A DNA stretch of 64,000 nucleotides from a bacterium (GTDB lineage: Bacteria > UBA8248), in NCBI GenBank assembly GCA_965204535.1, contig CBDBEV010000001.1, positions 1,536,001 to 1,600,000 of the forward strand, given 5' to 3'. The position numbers were made by a program, and so were the translations under genes. This document shows positions 40,432-49,812 of this stretch, one piece after another. The number at the start of each line of letters is the position of its first letter. Within the stretch, counting starts at the first letter, position 1. Under the pieces are notes generated by a model, which was not told the origin of the DNA, did no database searches, and was given only the letters and a program-made list of their open reading frames with translations.

Positions 40432-40562
40432 CATCGGCTACAGTCCGTCATCCGTCATCCGAAGAAGAGGGCGGCATGAAGTGCGCCCGGCAAAGGGCCG
40501 GCGCGCAACGACCGGCTTCACCGACTCCGGCAGGCGCCTGCCGTCCTGGCCTGCGCCCCCGG
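40432..40562 (+). repeat. Inverted copy of the autotransporter 5' leader (matches 37985-38251) with only 2 heptamers
   Basis: CATCGGCTACAGTC-(CGTCATC)n-CGAAGAAGAGGGCGGC-ATG...MKCARQRAGAQR.ASPTPAGACRP shared by both genes. Confidence 0.92.
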
Positions 40563-42461
40563 TGCTTCCGCGCCCGCTTCTCCCTTCTTCCCGCCCTCGC
40601 GCTGCTGCTCGGCGTGCTCGTTTCACCTCACGCGGCAATGGCGGACGAGAAGGCAGAGAAGCCACGGGACACGCGGCACGAACAAACGGGCACGAACGGC
40701 GCTGACGACCTGATGGGCGGCGCCGGCGACGATTTGCTCGTCGGCAGGAGAGGCAACGACTACTTGCGCGGGAAGGGGGGCGACGACGAGTTGCGCGGCG
40801 GCCGGGGCAACGACCTGCTTCGGGGCGGTGCCGGCGACGACCTGCTGCGCGGCGGCCGCGGCAACGACGTGTTGCGCGGCGGCGTCGGCAACGACGTGCT
40901 GCACGGCGGGGACGGCGAGGACCGCTTCGCGTTCGCGACCGGGGCTTCGGGCCACAAGATCATCGCCGACTTCGAGGCCGGCGACGTGATCGCGCTGGGC
41001 GCGGACCCGGAGGGCGGCTCCTGGCCCGCGGTTGCCGACATCGTGGCCGGCGTGGCGGCGCGGGACGGCCGCTACACGTACACCCTGCGCCCCGGCCTGA
41101 CGGTGGAGACGGACACGCCGCTCGGGGCCGGGGATTTTATGTTCCTTGCCCACGCCGTGGCGCTGCCCGACCGCCATACCCTGGCCGGCTGGCTGACCGA
41201 CAATCCGGACGGGAGCATGACGGTGCCCGCGGGCGAACACCGCGACGGGGGCGGCGTGCGCTTTGCCTGCCCCGCGGACGGCGCCGACTGCAGGTTGACC
41301 GTGACGGCGGCGGGCGGGGCCGTGACCGTCTCCTCGACCGGCGGCGCGGCCACGGCGGGACCCGAGCCGGCGGCGAGCGCCAGGCTGGCCGGCAAGCCGC
41401 CGCCCCCGCCGCCTGCGCAAACGGCGCCCTCGACGCCGACGGGCGCCACGGCGCACGGGGTCGCCGGCGCCATCGTCAGCCTCGGGGACGATGCGCTCAC
41501 GGACCCCTTCGTCAGCTGGCCCGTCGCGGACCGTCCGCTCACGCTCGGGGTCCCGTACCACGTGCTGCCGCTCTCCCTGCACAAGCTGAGCAAGGGCATC
41601 CTCGGCGGAGAGCTCGACAACGACGACGACCCGTCCACCCCCACCGGCTTCGCCGCGGCGGACGCCCCTCCGGCGATCTCCGGATGGTCCGGCAGCGCCC
41701 GGGAGTGGCGCCGCACCGACGGGGCCGGCGTCACGACCGTCGACACCGTGACCCTCTACGCGAAGGCGGGCTCCGGGGAGACGTATCTCACCTTCGGGTG
41801 GTGGGCGCGGGTTCCCGATTCAGGCACAGCCGGCGCCGGGACGTTCGGGAACGACCCGACCCACCACAGCATCCACAAGACCAGGAGGAATCCCCTGTCG
41901 CTCAACGCCGCTTGGCCGCGCGGCGCCAACGCCTTCGCCGCGGGCCGGCACCATTACTGGCCCGGCTGGGCGCAGCTCGACGCCCTCGCCGGCACCGCGA
42001 CCTACGCCGGAGCCGCCGCCGGCCTGTACTCGGAGCGCGCGGCGGGCGCGCGCGACGGCGCCTCCGGCGCGTTCACGGCGGACGCCGCCCTGACGGCGGA
42101 TTTCGACGCGAAGTATGTCCGGCTCTCGGGCCGCATCACAGGCTTCCGGGACGCTTCGGGCGCCTCGCTCGGCGACTGGACGGCGAGGCTCGCCAACGAC
42201 ACCGGCGGCCTGACCGGGGGCGGTTTCAACGGTGGCGGTTTCGCGGTCAGCGGCAACACCGCCGGCGCCGCCGACGGGCGCGGCTGGAGCGGCGGATGGG
42301 TCGCCCAGTTCTTCCGCCGCTCGGCCGCGGATCCCCAGGCGGCGCATCCCGCCGCGGTGGGCGGGGCGTTCCAGGCGCACCACGGCACGCCTGCGATGGC
42401 GGCGTCGGACGATGCGGGCTTCGTCGGCGTGATCGGCGCCTTCGGGGCTGAGAAGCGGTAG
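40476..42461 (+). CDS. Secreted protein with RTX-type Ca-binding nonapeptide repeats and TbpB-like C-terminal barrel
   Basis: Signal peptide ending AMA-D; repeated GG.GND.LR; Y..FGWW, GTATY.G.AAG.Y, G.F.A.A.L.ADF, terminal IGAFGAEKR. Confidence 0.8.
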   Translation: MKCARQRAGAQRPASPTPAGACRPGLRPRCFRARFSLLPALALLLGVLVSPHAAMADEKAEKPRDTRHEQTGTNGADDLMGGAGDDLLVGRRGNDYLRGKGGDDELRGGRGNDLLRGGAGDDLLRGGRGNDVLRGGVGNDVLHGGDGEDRFAFATGASGHKIIADFEAGDVIALGADPEGGSWPAVADIVAGVAARDGRYTYTLRPGLTVETDTPLGAGDFMFLAHAVALPDRHTLAGWLTDNPDGSMTVPAGEHRDGGGVRFACPADGADCRLTVTAAGGAVTVSSTGGAATAGPEPAASARLAGKPPPPPPAQTAPSTPTGATAHGVAGAIVSLGDDALTDPFVSWPVADRPLTLGVPYHVLPLSLHKLSKGILGGELDNDDDPSTPTGFAAADAPPAISGWSGSAREWRRTDGAGVTTVDTVTLYAKAGSGETYLTFGWWARVPDSGTAGAGTFGNDPTHHSIHKTRRNPLSLNAAWPRGANAFAAGRHHYWPGWAQLDALAGTATYAGAAAGLYSERAAGARDGASGAFTADAALTADFDAKYVRLSGRITGFRDASGASLGDWTARLANDTGGLTGGGFNGGGFAVSGNTAGAADGRGWSGGWVAQFFRRSAADPQAAHPAAVGGAFQAHHGTPAMAASDDAGFVGVIGAFGAEKR

Positions 42462-42711
42462 TGGCGCAAGCGTCCCGGCGATGAGGGCCGGAGTGGGCCC
42501 CGTTGCCGTTCGCCTTGCCGGGCGGGAACAGCGCATTGCCGTGCATCCCCCCCAGGAATATTGCGTTTCAGGTTGTGGAGGGGGAGGATGCGGTGCGCAA
42601 TCGTCAGCACCGATGCCCACGCCGAACCTGCCGAAGAGTGGGCCGCGATCGAATACTGCATTGAAAGCGGGCGGACAAGACTCTTGCAGCGACCGGGCAG
42701 GAGGGGTCGTT

Positions 42712-43209
42712 TCAGCGGTTGAGGACCTGCTTCCAGTTATTTCGCAGCGGCCTTGGCCAGACGTCCTTTCCGGGCTTGTCGTATTGTCTGTCCCTGTCGT
42801 AGCGCCTTCGTCCCCGTGTGGTTCCAACGTGAATCCATCCCGATGCCCTGTAGAAGGCGCCGGTGCAGCGCGGCGTCTCGACGAAGGTCTCGACGAGGAC
42901 GGGGATCGTGCCATAGCGCTCGGTCCAGTCTCCGGGCAGGCGCCTGCGGATGATGGCGAGGAGGTGGGAGCCGGGATTGGGGATCCTGATCCATGGCAGG
43001 ATGAGGAACCTCGGGTTGTCGACCACGAGGGGGAGGTCCTTCTCGCGCAACTGCGGCGTCCAGCCGATGAAGCCGTCGCGCGGGGCGAGTTTCCATGCGG
43101 CGCTGCTGCAGCCGGGCATGGCGAGGGGCCTGCCGCCGGGGTAGTGGTAGCGGGCGACGAACTCGTTCCACAGCCTGCCCTCGCGGGTTCCGCGCACGAC
43201 GACGCGCAT
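42712..43209 (-). pseudogene. DUF4338 (DruA-like, transposase-associated) remnant
   Basis: WNEF..RYHY, AAWK.APRD.FIGW, RFLILPW, PVLVETFV, YRA.GW..VG.T.GR; internally deleted. Confidence 0.75.
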
Positions 43210-43360
43210 ATCGGGGGGCGGACCTCATCGAGGGTCCCGGGCGCCGGGATGAGGGGAGCTTCGGTGTCGGGTCCGGATACGAATCCGCCCGATATTCGCC
43301 ATACTTCTCCCGCCAGGGACCGCCCGGCGGACGTGCCGGGCGAGCTCCTGGAGGAAACCG

Positions 43361-45016
43361 CTACTCCTCCTGCCGGTTCGCGCCGAACGCGCCGACCATG
43401 AGGCCATCATTCCCGTACGTCGAATGGAACACTCCGCCCACGACCTTCGGAACGCCGTCGTCGCCGTTGTCCATAAGATGACCGTTCCACCCGCCGTCGC
43501 CGGCGGCGGCCGTCCCGTCGATGGTCCACACCGTCTGCGCATACTCTGAACGGATGAAACTGATCGCTATGTCGCCTGTATTCGTGATGGAGGACTCCTT
43601 CAGCTCGACGGACCAGTTCCGCGCCCGGCCGTCCGCGCCCGTGAAGTCGTTTATGGCGCCCGAGATCATGTCGGTGTGGAAATCGGCCTCTAACGTCGCC
43701 GTCGCGGTGAAGCGGCCGGCGTCGTTCGTCCCCCCGGTGGGGCTCGAGAGAGCGTACAGGCCGGCGGCGCCGCCCCTGTACGTCGCCGTGCCGCGCAGGG
43801 CCGCGATGGTGGCCCCGGTGTCCGGGAGATCACGCTTCAGAAATAATGAGTACGCGGTATAGGTGTCGTCCGCGGACTTGTGGAGCCACCAGCCGTAGGA
43901 GGCATACTCCGTATCCGGCGAACTCATGACCCGGGCGTCCGGGTCCGCGGGCTTGAACGTCCAAACCGCATTGGCGGCGTCGAACGCGCCGGCGGCGGTG
44001 ACTCCGCCGAGATTGAAGCCCGGCCCGGCATGGCTGGCCGCGCACGTGCTTCCGTCAGCGGGATCGCAGCTGTACGTGCCCGGCACCCCGTGATAGCTGC
44101 CGGGGATCATCACGGCGACGTTGTTCTCGGGCAGCTTGAACCTCTTCAACCCCGCCGTATGGTCGAAGCTCGGGCTGGCAACCCGGCCGGCGGTGCCCTC
44201 GGTGGTCGTTTCGTCCAGCGTTCCGCCGGCGAAGCTGGCGCTGTACTGCGTCGAAAACTTCTCGCCCTCCTTCGGCTCCTCGACGTTCGAGTAGAAGACC
44301 GCCTCGTGTGTGCCACCACCTTCGGGCGCGGCCGTGTACCTCTTGCCTTCCCAGCCGTGGTTGGCGGCAACCATCGTCTGCTTGTCTTCCGACAGATAGT
44401 ATCTCGCAATTCCGAAATTCAGCGTTAAGCCGTCCGTTTCGAGGTCGGGATAGGTGCATCTTGGGTCAGATTCAAAGCAGGTTGATGGTGGAAGCAAAGG
44501 ATCATCGCCGAAGCCGTCGTACAGCTTCCTGGCGGTTTCGATCATGTCCGCCCTTGCCGCGTCGGCCGCCGCCTGCATCGCCGTCATGCGGGCCGTCCTG
44601 GCATTGTGGAAACGGGTCTCGAGCGCGGTGACGGTTCCGGTGTTCGCGGCCTTCTCCTCCGCCGGAACGCCGGCCGCCGCCGCTATCGCCGCCTTCGCCG
44701 CCGCGACCGCCGCCTCCGCGGCGCTCACCTCGGCGTCGGTGGAGTCGTCGTCCACCTCGCCTACCGCCGCCTGGGCGGCATCGAGCTTCATTTTGATGTC
44801 CGCGCGCTCCATGGCCAGGAGCTCCGCCGCCGTGACGCAAGCTCCGTCCATGTACCTGCCGCCACCGGCTTCACATGCCGCTTGCGGGTCCGGCATCTCG
44901 GCCGGCGTTTGCGCAGTGCCGCCGCCCCCGCCGCAGCCCGCCAGCGCAATCGTGAACGCCCCCGCCAGCGCGAAGGCGTAAAGCCTGTTTATCGGTTTCT
45001 CATATTTGAACGTCAT
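43361..45016 (-). CDS. TbpB-like surface lipoprotein (paralog A)
   Basis: AGGAGA RBS; lipobox LAGC-GGGGG; YGWWL, GTATY.GGAAG.YA, G.FTA.A.LEADF, terminal VGAFGA. Confidence 0.82.
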   Translation of the reverse strand: MTFKYEKPINRLYAFALAGAFTIALAGCGGGGGTAQTPAEMPDPQAACEAGGGRYMDGACVTAAELLAMERADIKMKLDAAQAAVGEVDDDSTDAEVSAAEAAVAAAKAAIAAAAGVPAEEKAANTGTVTALETRFHNARTARMTAMQAAADAARADMIETARKLYDGFGDDPLLPPSTCFESDPRCTYPDLETDGLTLNFGIARYYLSEDKQTMVAANHGWEGKRYTAAPEGGGTHEAVFYSNVEEPKEGEKFSTQYSASFAGGTLDETTTEGTAGRVASPSFDHTAGLKRFKLPENNVAVMIPGSYHGVPGTYSCDPADGSTCAASHAGPGFNLGGVTAAGAFDAANAVWTFKPADPDARVMSSPDTEYASYGWWLHKSADDTYTAYSLFLKRDLPDTGATIAALRGTATYRGGAAGLYALSSPTGGTNDAGRFTATATLEADFHTDMISGAINDFTGADGRARNWSVELKESSITNTGDIAISFIRSEYAQTVWTIDGTAAAGDGGWNGHLMDNGDDGVPKVVGGVFHSTYGNDGLMVGAFGANRQEE

Positions 45017-45384
45017 TAAGCGAGTCTCCTGAATACATGGAAAGGAACTTGACCTGGCCAATTCGATTGGAGAAGGGCCGACACCCCTCAAAGGGCTGCT
45101 TTAAGGGGGTTGAAAAACCCCTGAAGATGGGAATTGCTGCGACACGATCCCCGAGGTGCAGGCCGAGTCGGGGTGTCGGCTACGTTCATGAAACGCGAAG
45201 TGGGGGCCGCCCGTTGTTCCCCCTCCCGGCTCGAGGACTCAAACTCACAACCGGGAGCGGTACAGTTTGCTCTCACGAGGGAAGCAACCAACGGGCAACC
45301 CCCTTTTTCGCTCTCCTCATATCGCCTTGGGCCCCGCCGGGGCGGTGAAGCCCCGGAAGCCTGAAGGCGTCGTGCTCTTCGCTG

Positions 45385-47007
45385 CTACTGCTTGTTCACG
45401 CCGAAGGCGCCGACCATCCGGCCGGACGTGCTGTACGTCGAATGGAACGTGCCGGTCCCGACCTTCGCAACGCCGTCGTCGCCGTTGTCATAGAGAGCTC
45501 CGGACCACGCGCCGGCGGCGGCCGCGGCCGTCCCGTCGATCGTCCAGACCGTCTCGTTTCCGGCAGCGGCGGCAGTACCGTCACTACTGATTGCCCCGTC
45601 ATCGCCGACGGTGGACTTCTTCAACTCGACGGACCAGTTCCGCGACTGACCATCCGCGCCCATGAACTGGTCGATCGTGCCCGTGATCATGTCGGCATTG
45701 AAATCGGCTTCGAGCGTCGCCCGCGCGGTGAAGTGGCCGGCGTCGTTCGTTCCCCCGGTGGAACTGTAGAGAGCGTACTTGCCGGCGGCGCCGCCCATGT
45801 AGGTCGCCGTTCCACGCAGGGCCGTGATGCCGCTGGCGGGCGGGACGGTACCCCTGGCCGTCGCGAAAGCGCTCGCGGTGAAGGTCTCGCCGTCCTCGGA
45901 CTTGTGGATCCACCAGCCGTAGGAGACATACACCGTGTCCGCCACATCCGAGACCATGGCCGTCGGGCTGGTGGGCTTGAACGTCCAGGTCCCGCCGGCG
46001 AGGGTGAAGCCGCTTGTGGCTACGGTAGCGGAGCACGTGTTTCGATCAGCAGCAGCATCTGTAGGGGTGCAACTGTAAGTGCCGGACACCCCGTGATAGC
46101 TGCCAGGGATCATCACGGCGACGTTGTTCGCCGGCAAATCGAAGGTCTTGGTTCCTGCGGACTGGTCGAAGCTCGGGCTGGCAACGCGGCCCGTAACATA
46201 GCCAGTGAGGGCAGTGATATCCCCTGTTTCGCCGTCGGTGAGTGTGTACGCTTCATTGAACGGGTCGCCCTCCGTCGCGTCGCCGACGTTCGAGTAGACA
46301 TACGCCTCGTACGTGCCGGCATCGCCCGTGGGCTCGGCCGTGTGCCTCTTGCCCTCCCAGCCGTGGTTGGCGGCGACCGTCGTATCCTTGTCTACCGCCA
46401 GTGGGACGGTTGCGGCCGTGCCGATCGTCACGCTGATGACGCCGGCGGCGTCACTTGCGCCGGTTCGGACGTTGTCGGTATCGCCAAGGCCGTGCTCGAG
46501 GCCCTTGTATAGCTTACTGGCCGTCGCCATCATGGCCGCATCCGCGGCCTTCTGCTCATCGTCCATGGCGGCCATGCGGGCCATCTTGGCGGCGGCAAGC
46601 TGGGTTTCCAGCGCGGTGACCGTTCCGGTGTTCGCGGTTTTCTCTTCGTCCGGAATATTGGCCGCGGCCGCTATCGCCGCCTTCGCCGCCGCTATCGCCG
46701 CATCGGCCGCGCTCACCTCGGCGTCGGTGGAGTCGTCGTCAACCTCGTTGACCGCGGTGGTTGCCGCCATGATGGCCGTGCTGATGGCCGAGCGCTGCTC
46801 TGCCGCGAGATCCGCGGCCGAGGTGCAAGTGCCGTCCGCATTGTACCGACCCCCCTCATCCTCGCACGCCATTTGCGGGTCAGGCATATCGGTCGGCGTT
46901 TGCGTAGTGCTGCCGCCCCCGCCGCCGCAGCCGGCCAGCGCGACGGCGAACACGGCCGCCAGCGCGAAAGCGTAAAGCTTGTTTATCGGTTTCTCTTTGA
47001 ACATCAT
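45385..47007 (-). CDS. TbpB-like surface lipoprotein (paralog B)
   Basis: AGGAGGA RBS; lipobox LAGC-GGGGG; same barrel motifs; collinear with paralog A. Confidence 0.82.
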   Translation of the reverse strand: MMFKEKPINKLYAFALAAVFAVALAGCGGGGGSTTQTPTDMPDPQMACEDEGGRYNADGTCTSAADLAAEQRSAISTAIMAATTAVNEVDDDSTDAEVSAADAAIAAAKAAIAAAANIPDEEKTANTGTVTALETQLAAAKMARMAAMDDEQKAADAAMMATASKLYKGLEHGLGDTDNVRTGASDAAGVISVTIGTAATVPLAVDKDTTVAANHGWEGKRHTAEPTGDAGTYEAYVYSNVGDATEGDPFNEAYTLTDGETGDITALTGYVTGRVASPSFDQSAGTKTFDLPANNVAVMIPGSYHGVSGTYSCTPTDAAADRNTCSATVATSGFTLAGGTWTFKPTSPTAMVSDVADTVYVSYGWWIHKSEDGETFTASAFATARGTVPPASGITALRGTATYMGGAAGKYALYSSTGGTNDAGHFTARATLEADFNADMITGTIDQFMGADGQSRNWSVELKKSTVGDDGAISSDGTAAAAGNETVWTIDGTAAAAAGAWSGALYDNGDDGVAKVGTGTFHSTYSTSGRMVGAFGVNKQ

Positions 47008-47263
47008 TTAGTGAGTCCTCCTGAATACACAGTAGAAAAAGGGATTTTCCGTGAATTTCCGGCTTTCTCCGATTAACCTCCTTTCGTCAGCTTTTTTTCG
47101 GGCCTTCACAAACTGGTGATTCGTACTTTCGGCCGCCTGAAATACGGCGGACTTGAACCCTTTCATGATCCGGGCCGGTGGTTCGGCGAGACACATGTTC
47201 CTGCGGCATGCGCCCACCGTTCCCGGCCTCCAGAGGCGAGCCGCCTGCCACCCGGCCTGCCCG

Positions 47264-47451
47264 CCGATAATCGTTATTATCAGATGTGAGAAGCCCCGTT
47301 TTCCGCCGGGAGAGGCGTTTCGGGGCGCATCCGGGCCGTAAATGAGCGGGAAAAGACGCAAAACGGCGCCCGAAACCACTCCGGGGACCCCGGAATTGCG
47401 CTTGACATGGCCTTGAGAGGTGTTATATTTTCTGATAATAACGATTATCGG
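47264..47451. promoter_or_regulatory. Promoter-containing segment bounded by perfect 21-bp inverted repeats (candidate invertible switch 1)
   Basis: CCGATAATCGTTATTATCAGA (47264-47284) and TCTGATAATAACGATTATCGG (47431-47451); TTGACA 47402-47407 and TGnTATATT 47421-47429. Confidence 0.8.
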
Positions 47452-47529
47452 ATGTTAATTGTTGTAAAGATGTGGTAAAAAAACCGTTTCCGGCGGGCGA
47501 TTCTTCGTCGTCCGCCTTATATATGTTGC

Positions 47530-48564
47530 ATGGAATCGGGACGGCAACTCCACGAACGTGAATCGCCGCCGGAACTTCAGGGCGCCGGCCGAACGACAGA
47601 TCACGGAGAACCATGGGCGAAACCCGCGGCGCCGGGGAGACGCTCCCCCCTGGAAAAACCCGACGAGAGTCACTCACCGCACCTCGGTTCGTTCCGGGCG
47701 TCGGCTGATCTGGTGCGCGCCTCGATCGCCGGGAACACGCGCCGCGCCTACGAGGCGGCGCTGCGCGGTTTCGAGGAATCGGGGTGCCCCGAGACCGACG
47801 CCGGGGTGGCGGCCTACCTCACGGGGCTCTACGGGAAGGGCCGCTCGGCGGCCTGCGCCTCGATGGCGGTCGCGGCGCTTCGGTTCCGGGCGAGGCTGGG
47901 CGGCCGCTCCTCCCCGGTGGGTCCTTCGGCGCTGCGCGCCCTGGCGGGCTTCAGGCGTCTGGGTTCGGAGCGGGGCCGCGGCCCGGTGGACGGGGTGCGC
48001 TGGGAGGAGGCGGACCTCGCGGCGGCGCTGGCCGAGGGGACGGGGACCCTGGGGGGCCTGCGCGACGCGGCGGTCGTGGCAGTGGCGAGCGACGCCCTGC
48101 TCCGGGTGTCGGAGGTCGCGGCTCTGGACGTCGCCGACGTGAACCTCGGGGAGCAGACGGTGCGGATCCGCCGCTCGAAGACGGACCAGGAGGGTGTGGG
48201 CGTCGTACAGTACCTCGGAGAACCGACCGTGGCGCGCGTCGGGGCCTGGCTGGCGCGCGCGGGTATCGGGGAGGGAGCGCTCTTCCGGGGCCTGTACAAG
48301 GGGGGACGGCTTCGGCCCGGGCGCCTGACGGACAGGAGCATCCGGAGCATCATCGCGCGGTGGGGGAAGGCCGCGGGCGCCGAGGGGCGCGTGAGCGGCC
48401 ACAGCCTCCGGGTGGGGGGCGCGCAGAGCCTGGCCACGGCGGGGGCGTCGCTGGTCGAGATGCAACTCGCCGGGCGCTGGCAGTCGCCGGCCATGCCGGG
48501 ACGCTACGCGCAGGGACAGATCGCGAAACAGGGCGCCGTGGCGAGGCTGCGATACGGCCTGTGA
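47530..48564 (+). CDS. Tyrosine recombinase, Cre/TnpS-like (copy 1)
   Basis: NTRRAY N-domain; catalytic LLRVSE, RRSKTDQ, GHSLRVG, GRW, RY. Confidence 0.92.
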   Translation: MESGRQLHERESPPELQGAGRTTDHGEPWAKPAAPGRRSPLEKPDESHSPHLGSFRASADLVRASIAGNTRRAYEAALRGFEESGCPETDAGVAAYLTGLYGKGRSAACASMAVAALRFRARLGGRSSPVGPSALRALAGFRRLGSERGRGPVDGVRWEEADLAAALAEGTGTLGGLRDAAVVAVASDALLRVSEVAALDVADVNLGEQTVRIRRSKTDQEGVGVVQYLGEPTVARVGAWLARAGIGEGALFRGLYKGGRLRPGRLTDRSIRSIIARWGKAAGAEGRVSGHSLRVGGAQSLATAGASLVEMQLAGRWQSPAMPGRYAQGQIAKQGAVARLRYGL

Positions 48565-48593
48565 GGTCCGTCCGTTTTCTCCCGAATATCTCT

Positions 48594-49277
48594 CTACCGC
48601 CTCTTCCTCCTCCGGGCGGAGGCCCACTTCTCGAGGTCTTCGAGCAGGTAGCGCACCCGGTATCCGATGCGAAGAAAATCCGGCCCCTCTCCGCTCACGC
48701 GGTAGCGCTCCAGCGTCTTGGGCGAGAGGCCGAGCCAGGCGGCCGCCTCCCGCGTGTTCAGGTGGTTCTCCTTCGCGCGCTCATCGGCGTCTCCCGCGGC
48801 CCCGGGTTCCCCGGCGGCGTCCCACGTCCCGTCGAACGGGTCGGGCAAGTCCGCGAGCCTCTCGCGTATGGCGCGGATCTCCTCTCCCGTCGCGTTGGCC
48901 GCCATCCAGGCGCGCACCCGGTCGAAGGTCTTGAGATACGGCGAGGCGCCCCGGCGCAGCCTCCCCACGAAGGAGGGATTCCCCACGGTCTCCTCGCCCA
49001 GGATCGAGACCTTGGTCCCGCTCACCACGAGAAACGCCTCCACCTCGGCCCGCAGGAGCGGTCCCAGCGGCGGATACCCCATGAACGCGAGCACCCGGTC
49101 CGCCGTGTCGACCCGCAGGGGCCGCCCCCGGGCCTGCAGGCCCACGAAGCCGGGAACCCCCAGCGCGCCCACCCCGAAGCGCCTCGCGCTCATCCCTCGG
49201 CGCGCGCGCCAGAGCGCAATGCTCCGGCGCAGCCGCTCGTCCAGCGGGGCGCCGGTATCGTCTTTAAACGCGGTCAT
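48594..49277 (-). CDS. DNA-binding protein with two Cro-like repeats and a C-terminal AlpA/excisionase-like HTH
   Basis: Repeated FG..A.G.P.FV..L..G.......DRV.A.M units; LNTREAAAWLGLSPKTLERYRV.GEGP.F..IG.RVRY. Confidence 0.75.
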   Translation of the reverse strand: MTAFKDDTGAPLDERLRRSIALWRARRGMSARRFGVGALGVPGFVGLQARGRPLRVDTADRVLAFMGYPPLGPLLRAEVEAFLVVSGTKVSILGEETVGNPSFVGRLRRGASPYLKTFDRVRAWMAANATGEEIRAIRERLADLPDPFDGTWDAAGEPGAAGDADERAKENHLNTREAAAWLGLSPKTLERYRVSGEGPDFLRIGYRVRYLLEDLEKWASARRRKRR

Positions 49278-49477
49278 GGCGCGCGAACATAAGGAAAGGA
49301 CGAGCGCCCGTTCAATCGTTGTTTCTAGCGCGGAAGGTACACCCGGGAAGAGTCCGCGCCTGCGTTCGTGCGCGGACCGCTCATCGGTTCAGCCTGAAAT
49401 CACGGGCGTTTTCCAGAAAACGAAGGTCGCCGGAGAACGTGCAGCGGGGCGCTACGGAAAAAAAGGAACAATGTCGC

Positions 49478-49610
49478 TCACACCGCGGCGCCCTGTTTCA
49501 CGAGTCGCCCCTGCGCATGACCGGCGATTGGCGGCGCCCGGCGAGTTGCATCCCGACCGGAGAAGCCCCTGCCGCGGCAAGGCGCTGCGCGCTGCCCGTC
49601 CGCAGGTCGA
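49478..49610 (-). pseudogene. Degenerate third copy of the recombinase 3' end, inverted
   Basis: Minus strand GCGCAGCGCCTTGCCGCGGCAGGGGC...GATGCAACTCGCCGGGCGC...GAAACAGGGCGCCG matches 48421-48540. Confidence 0.7.
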
Positions 49611-49812
49611 AACGGCGCCGATTCCCTTGTTTCATTCGTTTTTATCGGATCGTATGCTGATGTTCCGGGTCGTCCGCCAAATACAATACGGCCAAGCCGA
49701 AACTGGCGGACATTCCTTCGTGGATTGTATGCCAACGGCCCGGATTTTCCCGGTCCTGTCTGATTGACCGTTTTGCCTTACACGTCTTTCGATGATTGGT
49801 CGGGCATGGTGG

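Noticed and set aside
42712-43209. Druantia defence system
   Set aside because: Only degraded DUF4338 fragments and no DruE helicase; matches the transposase-associated form
40196-45130. IS5-like end motifs (GTTGAAAAACCC near 40200 and 45110)
   Set aside because: Short, with no transposase or target duplication; at most scars
47264-47451. Integron attC/attI with IntI
   Set aside because: Lacks the RYYYAAC...GTTRRRY polarity; the recombinases have Cre-like GRW and no IntI-type motifs; no cassette array
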